From: a virus
Lineage: Duplodnaviria; Caudoviricetes
IMG/VR virus record: IMGVR_UViG_3300042402_000187
Location: 1-28,248 of that record
Reading direction: 5' to 3' (one strand)
DNA length: 28,248 bases
A program made the position numbers and the translations under genes. The first letter of the stretch is position 1. Every line of letters starts with the position of its first letter. A model generated the notes under the pieces. That model had not been told where the DNA came from. It worked only from the letters and a program-made list of their open reading frames with translations, and searched no databases. Positions 1 to 10,800 of the stretch are shown here, piece by piece.

Positions 1-1
1 T

Positions 2-10
2 GTATAATTA
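2..10 (+). promoter_or_regulatory. Putative -10 promoter element (GTATAATTA) upstream of major tail gene
   Basis: TATAAT at 3-8. The same 9-mer recurs at 1473, 12154 and 19380 upstream of other tail genes. Upstream context is cut off by the window edge. Confidence 0.5.
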
Positions 11-62
11 AGGTGAGGAAACAAGCCCTTTTAATCTAAAAGAAAAAAAAGAGGTGAAATAC

Positions 63-704
63 ATGGCATATACACGTGGTAGTTCAAACGATATTATCGT
101 TGGAGCAGCAGCACTTTTCACATATGAAAACGGCGCACTCACAGATGCAGCACTTCCAGGTTACGTAGCAGGAGAGTCTTATAAGGATACCCTTACAGAA
201 GAAACTCCAGAGTTCCGTAACGTTGGATACACAATGAATGGTTTGGAAATTCAATTCCAACCAGATTTTGGTGAAGTAGCAGTAGACCAGGTTCTTGACG
301 TTGCTAAGTTGTTTAAGCAAGGCATGCAGGTAAACCTAAATACTACATTCGCAGAATCAACACTAGAGAATCTCTTGTTTGCAATTGCAGGACAAGATGG
401 AGATCTAGGCGCAGTATCAGGAACTGGTATTGGCGCAGGATCAGCAGCACTTAACCTTTCAGCAGGAGACATCGGAGATGTCCCAGTTGAGCGTGGTTTG
501 GTTGCAGTAGGTCCAGGAACTGGAGACGCTTCAGCAAATGTTGAGCGTGTCTACGTTGCATACCGTGCACTTTCAATCGAGAGCGTATCAGTATCAGCAA
601 AGCGTGACGAAGCGACAATGTTCGAAGTATCATTCCGTCTTCTTCCAAATGATAATGCATCATACGGTAAGATCGTAGATCGCACTATCCCAGCAGGCGC
701 ATAA
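63..704 (+). CDS. Major tail (tail tube) protein
   Basis: Start moved to ATG 63, behind SD GAGGTG (51-56). Motifs IIVGAAALF, VGYTMNG, VDQVLD and ESTLENL resemble siphovirus tail tube proteins. The gene lies directly before the chaperones and tape measure and is followed by a terminator. Confidence 0.85.
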   Translation: MAYTRGSSNDIIVGAAALFTYENGALTDAALPGYVAGESYKDTLTEETPEFRNVGYTMNGLEIQFQPDFGEVAVDQVLDVAKLFKQGMQVNLNTTFAESTLENLLFAIAGQDGDLGAVSGTGIGAGSAALNLSAGDIGDVPVERGLVAVGPGTGDASANVERVYVAYRALSIESVSVSAKRDEATMFEVSFRLLPNDNASYGKIVDRTIPAGA

Positions 705-726
705 TACAACTTAATATATACAGTTT

Positions 727-760
727 GGCCCAGACCCTAATAAGTCTGGGCCTTTCTGTT
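727..760 (+). terminator. Rho-independent terminator
   Basis: Perfect 9-bp stem GGCCCAGAC (727-735) / GTCTGGGCC (744-752), 8-nt loop, and tail TTTCTGTT, 22 nt after the tail tube stop codon. Confidence 0.85.
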
Positions 761-765
761 ATACT
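757..765 (+). promoter_or_regulatory. Extended -10 promoter (TGtTATACT), probably leaderless transcript
   Basis: TATACT at 760-765 with TG at 757-758. ATG 772 lies 6 nt downstream and has no SD. Confidence 0.7.
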
Positions 766-771
766 ATATAT

Positions 772-1455
772 ATGGCAACAACTGTTTATAACACAAAAAA
801 TATTACTCTGCAAGATGGGGTAGAAATAGAGTTGTCCCCACTTAAAATAAAATATCTTAGACAACTAATGGACAACTTTGATGAGGTTAGAAATGCACAA
901 GGAGATATGGAAGCAATCGTGGCCCTATCAAAGTGTGCAAGAATTTGTATGAGGCAATTTAGACCAGAGATTACTCAAACCCAAGAGATGCTAGAAGAGT
1001 ATGTCAGTCTACAAGACATCTATGATATTTTAGATATTACTGCTGGTATTAAGATTAATGATAAATCAGAAGAGCCAGTACAAAAACAAGCAGTTGATAG
1101 TGGATCCTCTTGGGAAGAACTTGACCTTGCAAAGTTAGAATCTGAAGTATTTTTGCTGGGTATTTGGAAAGACTACCACGAGTTAGAAGGATCACTATCT
1201 ATGCCAGAGTTAATGATAACGCTATCTACTAGCAGAGAACTAAACTACGATGAAAAGAAGTTTCTTGCAGCAATGCAGGGAGTTGACCTAGACAAGAATG
1301 CTGGAAAAGCAAATGCCTGGGAAGAAATGAAAGCCAGAGTCTTTAGCAAAGGAAAGGCTGCCAATGCTAGAGACATCGTTGCACTACAGGGTATTAGCGC
1401 ACAGAAGGCTGGATTTGGGATTGGCATGGGATTAGACTATCAAAAAATAGATTAA
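772..1455 (+). CDS. Tail assembly chaperone, long form (gpGT-like, in-frame fusion)
   Basis: Lies between tail tube and tape measure. The N-terminal ~100 aa align with the next ORF. The C-terminal part (WEELDLAKLESEVFLLGIWKDY...LSMPEL) resembles the post-frameshift T domain. Confidence 0.75.
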   Translation: MATTVYNTKNITLQDGVEIELSPLKIKYLRQLMDNFDEVRNAQGDMEAIVALSKCARICMRQFRPEITQTQEMLEEYVSLQDIYDILDITAGIKINDKSEEPVQKQAVDSGSSWEELDLAKLESEVFLLGIWKDYHELEGSLSMPELMITLSTSRELNYDEKKFLAAMQGVDLDKNAGKANAWEEMKARVFSKGKAANARDIVALQGISAQKAGFGIGMGLDYQKID

Positions 1456-1470
1456 AAACAAGCCTGTTTA

Positions 1471-1481
1471 TGGTATAATTA
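1471..1481 (+). promoter_or_regulatory. Extended -10 promoter (TGgTATAAT)
   Basis: Perfect TGnTATAAT in the intergenic gap, followed by SD GGAGG (1494-1498) and ATG 1504. Confidence 0.75.
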
Positions 1482-1503
1482 AACAACTACAATGGAGGAA
1501 ATC

Positions 1504-1827
1504 ATGGTTAAAGAAGTAGAAAGCAAGAATCAACTGTCACTTATTGACGGAACAAAGTTTGAGATTAAGCCACTAAAAATATCTCTACTTAAGCCTTTTA
1601 TGGAACATTTTACAAAACTGCAAGAAGTTGCAGACGATAACAGCAAGTCAATGGATGTCTTGATTGACTGTGTTCAAATTGCATTTAAACAATACTTGCC
1701 TGCAATTGCAGACAACAGAGAGGCGATTGAGGAAAATCTAGATCTTCCTACAGTCTACAAGATCATTGATGCTGCTTCAGGAATGCAACTTTCTGACTCA
1801 ACAGGTCTTCTAAACTCAATCAAGTAA
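1504..1827 (+). CDS. Tail assembly chaperone, short form (gpG-like)
   Basis: Start moved from 1492 to ATG 1504 because of the SD GGAGG. About 107 aa, directly upstream of the tape measure, and paralogous to the N-terminus of 772-1455 (L.DG...E..PLKI..L...M..F). Confidence 0.75.
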   Translation: MVKEVESKNQLSLIDGTKFEIKPLKISLLKPFMEHFTKLQEVADDNSKSMDVLIDCVQIAFKQYLPAIADNREAIEENLDLPTVYKIIDAASGMQLSDSTGLLNSIK

Positions 1828-1840
1828 AGAGGTGTGCTGA

Positions 1841-4800
1841 TTGGCTGACGTAAATGCAAATATTGGTATTAATTTTGATACCAGTCAAGCCTTAGCACAA
1901 TTACGTCAGTTACAGGCTGGACTCAGCCGTTTTAATCAAACCCTAACTCAGGGTAACGTTGCAGCAATGAATGCCCAGAAGGGCCTTAATAGCCAGTTAA
2001 TGCAGGCTATCAATGCTACTGGAAAATTTGTTGCAACTCAAAAAGATGTAGCATCAAGTACATCTTCTTTTACACAGGCACTTGAAAAAAATCAAATGTC
2101 AATGCGACAGTACTTTAGGTACACCGCAGCAGCAGCCACTCAAAATACCAAGGTATTTAAAGGCATGTTTGCACAAGAGCGTGAGACATTAACACGTGCT
2201 AGTAAAGACAGAGTAAAACTACTACAGTCTCAGTATATCCAGATGCAGTCTGCAAATGGAGATATGATCAAGACTCTTCAGGTTGTTCCAAAGCACCTAA
2301 AGATGGTCAATGGCCAATATGCGGACTATGCAACACGTATGCAAATGGCTGCACAAAGACAGCAATTTTTAAATAAACTATTAAGCCAAGGCTCAACACA
2401 ACTCCTGAATTTCGGTAAGAATACTCAGTGGGCTGGTCGCCAGTTGATGGTTGGTTTGACTATTCCACTTACAATTCTAGGCTCAACTGCAGCAAAAACA
2501 TTCATGGAAATGGAGCAGGCAATAACAAAGTTCTCCAGAGTATATGGAGACATGATGACAAACTCAGATGCAACTGACAAGGCTATTGCAGATGTTCAGA
2601 GACTTGCAAAAGAGTTTACTAAGTTTGGTATTGCAGCAAAAGATACTGTAGAAATGGCTGGAACTGCAGCAGCGATGGGTCTTACTGGAGATGCACTTAA
2701 TGCTCAAATAGTTCAAGCAACAAGGCTTGCAGTTCTTGGACAAGTTGAACAACAGCAAGCGCTTGAGACAACAATTTCTTTAACAAACGCTTTTGGAATT
2801 GCTTCTGAAGATTTAGCAAAAAAGATTAACTTTCTCAACGCAGTAGAAAACCAGACTGTTCTTTCTATTGAAGATTTAACAATTGCTATTCCAAAGGCTG
2901 GACCAGTTGTTAAACAACTAGGTGGCGACGTAGAAGATCTTGCATTCTTTATGACTGCAATGAAGGAAGGTGGAATCAACGCATCAGAAGGTGCTAACGC
3001 ACTTAAGTCTGGTCTTGCTTCTATGATTAACCCTTCTAAGAAGGCTAGTGAATTTCTTGCGGGACTAGGTGTAAACCTTACTGGTATTGTTGAAGCAAAC
3101 AAGGGAGACCTAAAGGGAACTGTAGTAGGATTTGCTAGAGCACTTGACACACTAGATCCTCTTAACCGTGCAAGAGCAATCGAGCAACTATTTGGTAAGT
3201 TCCAGTTTGCACGTCTATCTACATTATTCCAAAACGTTACAAAAGATTCTTCACAGGCTGCAAGAGCATTAGGACTTGCTGGAGCATCAGTTGAAGAGTT
3301 AGCAATCTTGTCTGAGCGAGAACTTGGCAAGGTTGAAGATATGACTGGTAACAAGTTTAAGAAGTCTATGGAAAACATTAAACTTCAACTTGTTCCAATA
3401 GGTAAAGCATTCTTAGAAGCAGTAACTCCTATAGTTAGTTTTGTTGGAAGAATCCTAGAAAAATTTAATACTTTAAGCGATGGAACTAAAAAAGTTATAA
3501 CAGTTGTTATTGGAGTTGTTGGAGGACTTGCTCCAGTTCTATTGATGACATTTGGTGTTTTGATGAACTTTGTTGCAAATGGTATTAAGTTGTTTGCAAA
3601 ACTTCGTGGTGGAGTTGCTCAACTTAATGGTTCAAACAATGTTCTTGGTGGAGGGTTTGAGTATCTAACTAATCAGCAGATTGAAAACCTTGCACAATCT
3701 AATGCTTTACATACATCTCATAGCCAATTAATTTCTACATTTAATGTTGAGGCAGCATCAGTCCAAGCATTAGCAGCAGCCTACGGCGCAGCAGCAAGTC
3801 AAGCAAGAGCCCTTGCTCAATCATCTCCAGGATTATTTAACACAGTTCCAGGACCTGCAGGAGCAGTAGCAGGACTACCTAAGAAATTTGCACAAGGAGG
3901 AGTTGTTCCAGGTACAGGAAATAAAGACACAGTACCAGCACTACTAACTCCTGGTGAAGTTGTTATTACAAAAGATACTGCAAAGAAAAATCCAGAGTTA
4001 GTTGCTGCACTTCAAAATGATTCTGTAAAAAGATATCACAAAGGTACTGGAGAATTTCACGAACACCCACATCCAAGAAAGCCAAAATATACAATTGTTG
4101 AACCACATACAGGTAGAGTAGCAGGTGGTGAGCAAAACACAAAGACCATGTCTGGCGGTGCTATCATGATGCCAGGAAATATACAGGGTAAGGCTGTTAA
4201 GGGATCAACAACTGCTGGAGGAGATTCTAGATTTATTGCCAAAACTCAGTTGAATGACGATGGGGAACTAATCCCAACTGGAGCAACAGAACAGTTTAAA
4301 GCAGCAACAGCAGGATCAATGAAAACTCAGATGCAGGCCCTTGATGGCATAGCAAGGCAAACAGATGAGTCGTTTGCTACTTGGTCTGAGGCTAACAAAC
4401 ACTTAACCCCTCACTTTGATGAGATGGCAAATATATTTGCAAAAGAAATACTTCCAGGAGTAACAGATGTTAGCCAAGCAGGTCAAAACGCATACCCAAA
4501 GATGGTTGCATATATAGACAACCTAGAAAGAGATTTAAAAATTACTGCCGATGAAGCAGAAAAGATGAAGATTGCTGCACGAAGAATATTTGATGCAGAT
4601 TTAGGAACACCAGAAAATCCTGGTCGAGACGCAGTTGCTATGAACCGCAAAAGAGTCGAGACTGGAATTGATGAAGATGGTAATGAAAGAATTACCGATA
4701 TAAGAACAGAAAGAGTTGCAATTCCTGGACACTCTATGTCAGAGTATTTAGATGGTAAAACAAAAGACAATACAGATAGAGAGTATGCACTAAGAGGATT

Positions 4801-7800
4801 AACTCCCCCAGAAGAAACAGATGAAAAAGGAAGTAAACCAACATTTGCACACATAAAAAGTGGAGAGGCTGGAACAAGTTATTCTGAGCCAATTGCATCA
4901 GAAAAGGGTGGAGTAACAGATACTGAAAGAGCAATTGTAGAAAAACTAAGAAATAGAGAAAAACTTAGTGCAGGACAAATAATAACACCTGCACCCAAAA
5001 TTGAAGTAACACCAGAAGATAAAGCCAATGCAGAAGCAGAAGGAGCAAAAGTTGGACAGGCAGCAATTGATGGTGCAAGTGGTCCAGCAGGTGCTGACAA
5101 TCAGTCTCCATCTAAAAAAGGTAGAAAGATTGGTAAAGATATTGCAGATGGAATTGTTGAAGGGTTGCAAGAAGGAACTCCAGAAGTTACTGCCCAATCT
5201 TCAAGACTTGGGAATGCAGCAGTACCAACAGCAGCAGAAACACAAGCAAGAGTTGACAAGATGGATCTTGAAAACAAGGCTTTCTATGATGATATTGATA
5301 CCCCAGAATTTCGTGATGAAAGACAAATACTTAAATCACAAGATAGACAAAGAAGAAAGCGTGGAGCCACAGGAACTGTAGGTGGTGGCCCAGTAACACC
5401 ACCATCAGGACCTTCTTCAACAGTTGCTTTAACAGCAAGGACTGAAGCAGCAGCAGAAGATTTAGCGGTAAGTACAGAACAGGCTGCAACAGCACAATCA
5501 CAAGTTGTTCAGCAGATTCATGATGAAAGTAAATCAAGAGTTACTATTAAGGGTAACACTATTAATATTGGTAAGGCTCGTCAAGAAGCAGATAGGCTAG
5601 ATAAGGAAGCCTCTGACGCAGAAGCAGCAGCAGCAAAGGTTAGAACTGAAGCAGCAAAATGGGAAGAGGTCGCAGCCCGTGAAGGTGGCAAGAACATGCA
5701 CACTGCTGAAAATGCTAAAGCCCTTAAAAAACTTGCTGATGAAGCAGAAATTAAAGCAGCAGAAGCAAGAATAAAAGCAGCAGAAGCAGAGATTGTAGCA
5801 GCCCAACTTGAGGCTGATGGTGAAGGTTCAGAACAAATAATTCAAGACCCAGTTAAAACCCCAGCCAAAGTTAAAAAAGCAGAGGAGGTTATGTCTAATG
5901 GAACCGTTGAAGCGGGAGATGGCATGCGCCGAATTGTTGAGGGTACAGATGAAACAGCAGACTCAACACTACTAGTAGCAGAACAAACAGATGAACTTGC
6001 AAATGTAACTGGAGAAGCCGTTGATGCTCAAACACAAACTGCAGGAAACCTTTTAACTGGTGCACAGATAACAGATGCTACTACAGGAAATATGAATGAT
6101 GTTCTTCAGTCAACAGGTACAACAGGTATAGCACAAGATGATATTGCAGGTTCTTCAGAAAACATTGCTGACATAAATAGAGACATTGAAGAAGACAAGC
6201 GCAAGATAAGAGAATTGGGACGACAAGAACTTGCTGCACGAATGAAAGATCCAGGTGCAATTATTCCTGACGGAGCACAGTCAGATACTAAACGCTTTGA
6301 TAGAACCGACGCTCCTAGTTATACAGAAGCCTATGATGAAGTAATGGGTAGAGACCCAGGAACTAATGGTCCAGACGACCCAGGGCAAACTGGATATACA
6401 AGAAATAAAAAGGGACAGTTTATCTTTGACCCAGAAACAGGAGAACCAACAACTCTTACTCAAAAGCAGGTAACTAAAAAGAAACGTGGTATGCGTAAAG
6501 AAAAGGTTGGAAAGTTTTCTGGTAAAGCAGCAGGAGCATTAGGAACAGCAACTATGGTTGCAGGTATGGCAGGAGCCCCTCCACAAGTTACAGCAGCACT
6601 AGGAACAGCAGCAACAGTTGCACAGTTTGCCCCAATGATTGCGGGTACAGGACCAATAGGCCTTGCAGTAGGAGCAGTTGTAGCATTAGGCGCTGGAGCG
6701 TATATGCTTAATAAGCACTTTAATCAAATGGCTGCAAAGGCAGCACAGTTTGCAAAAGACTTATCAGCAACCAGAGATGGATTAAAATCAATAGGTGAGA
6801 TGAGTGGTAGAGTTGGCGCTTCTGAAATTATGGATAAGCGTAGACAGACTAGCCAGTACGGTAAGTATGACGAATCAATTAAAATTGATACTACATTTGG
6901 TGAGAAGTTCTTAGGCACAGATACTGGTAAAAAAGAAAAGAAACTATTCCAAGACAATGTTAAAAAATTTGGAAACGATAAAGCCATAAATGATTTATCT
7001 TTAAAACTTGCTACAGCAGTTGCTGATGGAGTTCTTGATGCCGAAGCAGCAAACAGTATTGCTGCAGAACTTGCACTACAGGTAAAGGATCAAAAAGTTG
7101 AAATGCAGGTTATTGGACAACTAGGAGCACTACTTGGGCCAGATGGTAAAAATCTAAAAGACAACCCACTTGAAACAAGACTTCTTCTTCTAGACAATGC
7201 TAATCAAAGAGTAACAAAAACAGAAACAGATATTTCAGAAGGAACTGGAAACACAAGAGAAAATGTTGCAACAGTCGCAGCATACAATATGAATAATATT
7301 GAAATGGCTACTATGATGGCAGATCAAATTCAAATTGAGTATGAAACTCAAAAGAAAAAACTTGAAGCAGAGTTAGCCTCTACAACTAACGCACAAAAGA
7401 AATTAGAAATCACAGGAAAGATTGCAGCACTAGATGCTGCAAACCTAGAGAATTCAATATTAATGAATGCCCAGTTGCTTAGACAACTTGACACACAAAC
7501 AAAAAGTTTTGAAAAAGTATATAGTGCTTCAGTATGGGGAAGCCAAGCAGCCAAAGAAGATGCCTACTTTGACGCAACAAGAACTCAACTTGAAACAACA
7601 TACAAGGGAACTGACCAGGAAGAAGCATCAAAGAAATTCTTAAATACAACAGAAGAGTTTGGAGATAATGCTTTTTCTAATGGATTAGCAGATCAGAAGA
7701 CAGCACAAACTTTCCAAGCAAAAATGGAAATGCTTGTTGGAAGTAAGGTATTAAGTCCAACAGAAGCAAACAATTACATAGAACTATTCTCTGGTCAACT

Positions 7801-10800
7801 AGACAAGTTTGATTTATTGTTTGACGCAAGCGTTGAAATACATGGCCCAGCAAAAACAAAAGAACTTCTTAATATGTTTGCAGGATACGAGAATAAAGCA
7901 AAAGCAACTGAACTTATTACACAGATCTCACTAACAAAGCAAAACCCAGCAGAGTATGATGCAATCATGGAAACACTCAAGGGAATTCAGGCTCTAGATG
8001 GAACTACAATTGATATGGAACTTCTATTAACAACAGTTGGTCTAGAGGGAGTAGAACGACTTAAGACTCAAATGGAGGGTATTGAAAAACTAAAAGAGGC
8101 TCAAGAAAAAAATGGTGACAAGAAGATGGACCTTGAGAAGGTTAGAAAACTTGGACCTATAGAATCTGCAACTGTAGATGCATTAATAAAGAACACAAAA
8201 AGAAAGCAAGAGTTTGATAGTTTAACTTTAGACCAGCAGGCAGAATATTTGCAAAAACTTCAAACCCAGTTCGCTTATGAAGGAATGGTAAACGATACTC
8301 AAAGGGCTTTAGAAGCAGAACAGTATGCACGTCAGATGACACTTATTGAGCAAGCCAACGGAAGGGTTGCAACAACCACTGCTGCATTTACAGCATCTGT
8401 TGCACAGTTTAAAGCATCCTACATGGCACTTGATGCAGCATCAAGGGCTATTGTAAAGGTTAAGCCAATCACGTCAACTGGGATAGTAAGCAATCCCGCA
8501 GGCCCAGCAAAGACTCCTACAGACAAGGGTAAGAAAGACGATCCTTACGACTTTTTACAAGATCTTGCTATGCGTATTAAGATGACAAGAGATGCATCAT
8601 TTGATGCAACAAAACCGCTAAAGTCAATGATTGAAGCAATGGCAGGAGCAAAAGCCAGAAAAAATGTTTCCTCTATGTTTGAAATGTTTAAGGGTGTTCA
8701 GCAAACACTTATTGGCCTAAAGGTTCCAAAAGAATTAAGAGACTATATTGCAGGACTAGATCCAGAAGAATTTAAAGAGTTAGAAAAAGCAGGAGCATTT
8801 ACATACGCCCCTAAGAAAGATAAAAAGACGGGTAAAGTTGTTAAAGATGCAAAGGGTAACATCGTATATGACAAGTCAAGAATTGTAGGTTTGTCAGAAA
8901 CTTCTAAGACAATCGTAGCAGCATATAACGAAGCCCCTCTAGAAAACTTTAATCTTGCACAAAAAGAAATTATTACAAATACTGACAATCAATTTAAAGC
9001 ATTTAATAAACTAAAGGCAGAAGGCGTAGATACTGCAACTGCTCTAGAAATGTTACAAGATGAAGCCCTTGCAGCAGCACTTGCATCTGGCCAAATAAAA
9101 GGACCAGACCTAAAGAAGTTTGCTGAAGATGCAAAACTAGCAGCAGATGCAACAGCAAAGTATGCAGTTATTTCTGACCTTCTAAAAAAGAATGAAGAGA
9201 TGGAGTTTAAGGCAACTGCTGTTCCAAAACTAGCAGCAGCACTTAAGCAGAGTGGTATGTCTGTTGAAAATATTCAGACAGTACTTCAAGATCCAGCACT
9301 AGCAAAGCAATTAATAAAAGACTTAGAAGATGGCAAAATAGATTCAAAGGCCATTTCTGATTACCTAAAGAACATAAAAGATGAAAAGATTGTAGAAATT
9401 CGTGGCAAGTTTAATGCTGGAGATTTTGCGGGTGCAGCAGCACCAGGTATGGAACTTGTTAGCAAGATGTTCTCAGTTCAGGAATCACTAATTAGAACTG
9501 GTGCTAGTGCAGCGTCTAAGTCAATGGTCGCAAATATTAAAAAACTTAAAGATGTAAATGAAGATCTTCAACTTGAAATTCAAGACATTACCATTAATTC
9601 TATTAGACCAATTGAGCAGACTATCGAAAAATTATCAAGAGAACTAGAGATAAAAGTTACTCGAGTCCTTGAGGCATATCAAGAAGAAATAAATGATCTT
9701 CAACATGTTATTAAACTTGCCTTTGAAGATCCAATAGCAGACATTAATGCAGAAAATACAATCCTGTCTAACGACATGGAAATAATGAACCATGCTGCAG
9801 AAGAAATCAATAAGAGGTATGATGAACAGGCAGAGGCTCTGTCTAAAGTTTCAGAGATTAAGAGTCAGATTGTTGAACAAGAAAAGGAACAACTTGATTT
9901 AGCAGATGCTTTATCAAAGGGAGACATTGGTGCAGCAGCCCGTGCAGTCCAGGCTATAAGAGCAGCCCAAGCAGCCCGTAATGCAGAGAATGCTTCAAAG
10001 GCTTTAGAACTATCTCGTAAGAATAAGATTGATAATCTTAGAGGAAGAGACTCAGGGTTAAGCAAAGACGAGATCACTGAAAGACAATATCAAAATGCTC
10101 AAACAATATACGACTTAGAAAACAGAGCAGAGACAGAAGTAATTAATCCAGACGGATCAAAAGAACTACTCACAAGATTAGAAATTTTAGACAGAATAGA
10201 AGAAAAAAACAAACTAATCTATGCCCTTGAAGAAGATCGTGAAGCAAGACAACTTGCTATACGGGCAGAAGAAGATAAAATATATGCATTCAAACAAAAA
10301 GTACAAGAAAAGCAGGACAAGATTGATAAAAACAGTTTTGATATTGCAACGGATGAACGTAAGATAGAAAAATTAGTTTCTGGTATAACAGTTCTTGGAC
10401 AAACAAAGGATGCTTGGGATGCTGTTAGTGCAAAGATTGAAGCATCTGCACTTGCTGGACAAGACTTCGATAGGCTTATGGGTACAATGCTTGCTTCAAC
10501 AGACAAGATTGAAGAAGGTTGGGACAAGATATCAGATACAATGAAGAAGTATTCTGATATTACTGGAGATAAAACAAAGGGTCTTGGAACTGCAGAAATG
10601 CAAGAAGAAAGAAAGAAAACCCATGACTTATTAAAAGAAAATGAACAAGCAGCCCTTGATGCTATTAGGGTTGGTAAGAATGCAATAGCCCAAGCCCAAG
10701 CAGAATACGATATTAAGAAAAAGGCATATGACCTAGAAGTTGAAACACTTAAAACTCAACACGCTGCAGCAATGGCAAGACAAGATTTTTATGCAGCAGA

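Noticed and set aside
1060-1120. Possible programmed frameshift site in the chaperone gene (CAAAAAC at 1081-1087)
   Set aside because: It is not a XXXYYYZ heptamer, and the frame is already open through the T-like domain.
2713-3378. 221-aa minus-strand ORF and the many other short minus-strand or off-frame ORFs in the track
   Set aside because: They lie antisense to or inside well-supported genes, have Ser/Phe/Leu-rich shadow composition, and show no recognisable motif.
5400-5820. GCAGCAGAA-rich repetitive DNA as a tandem repeat or CRISPR-like array
   Set aside because: It is explained by Ala/Glu-rich helical coding with a strong GCA preference, with no fixed repeat-spacer periodicity.
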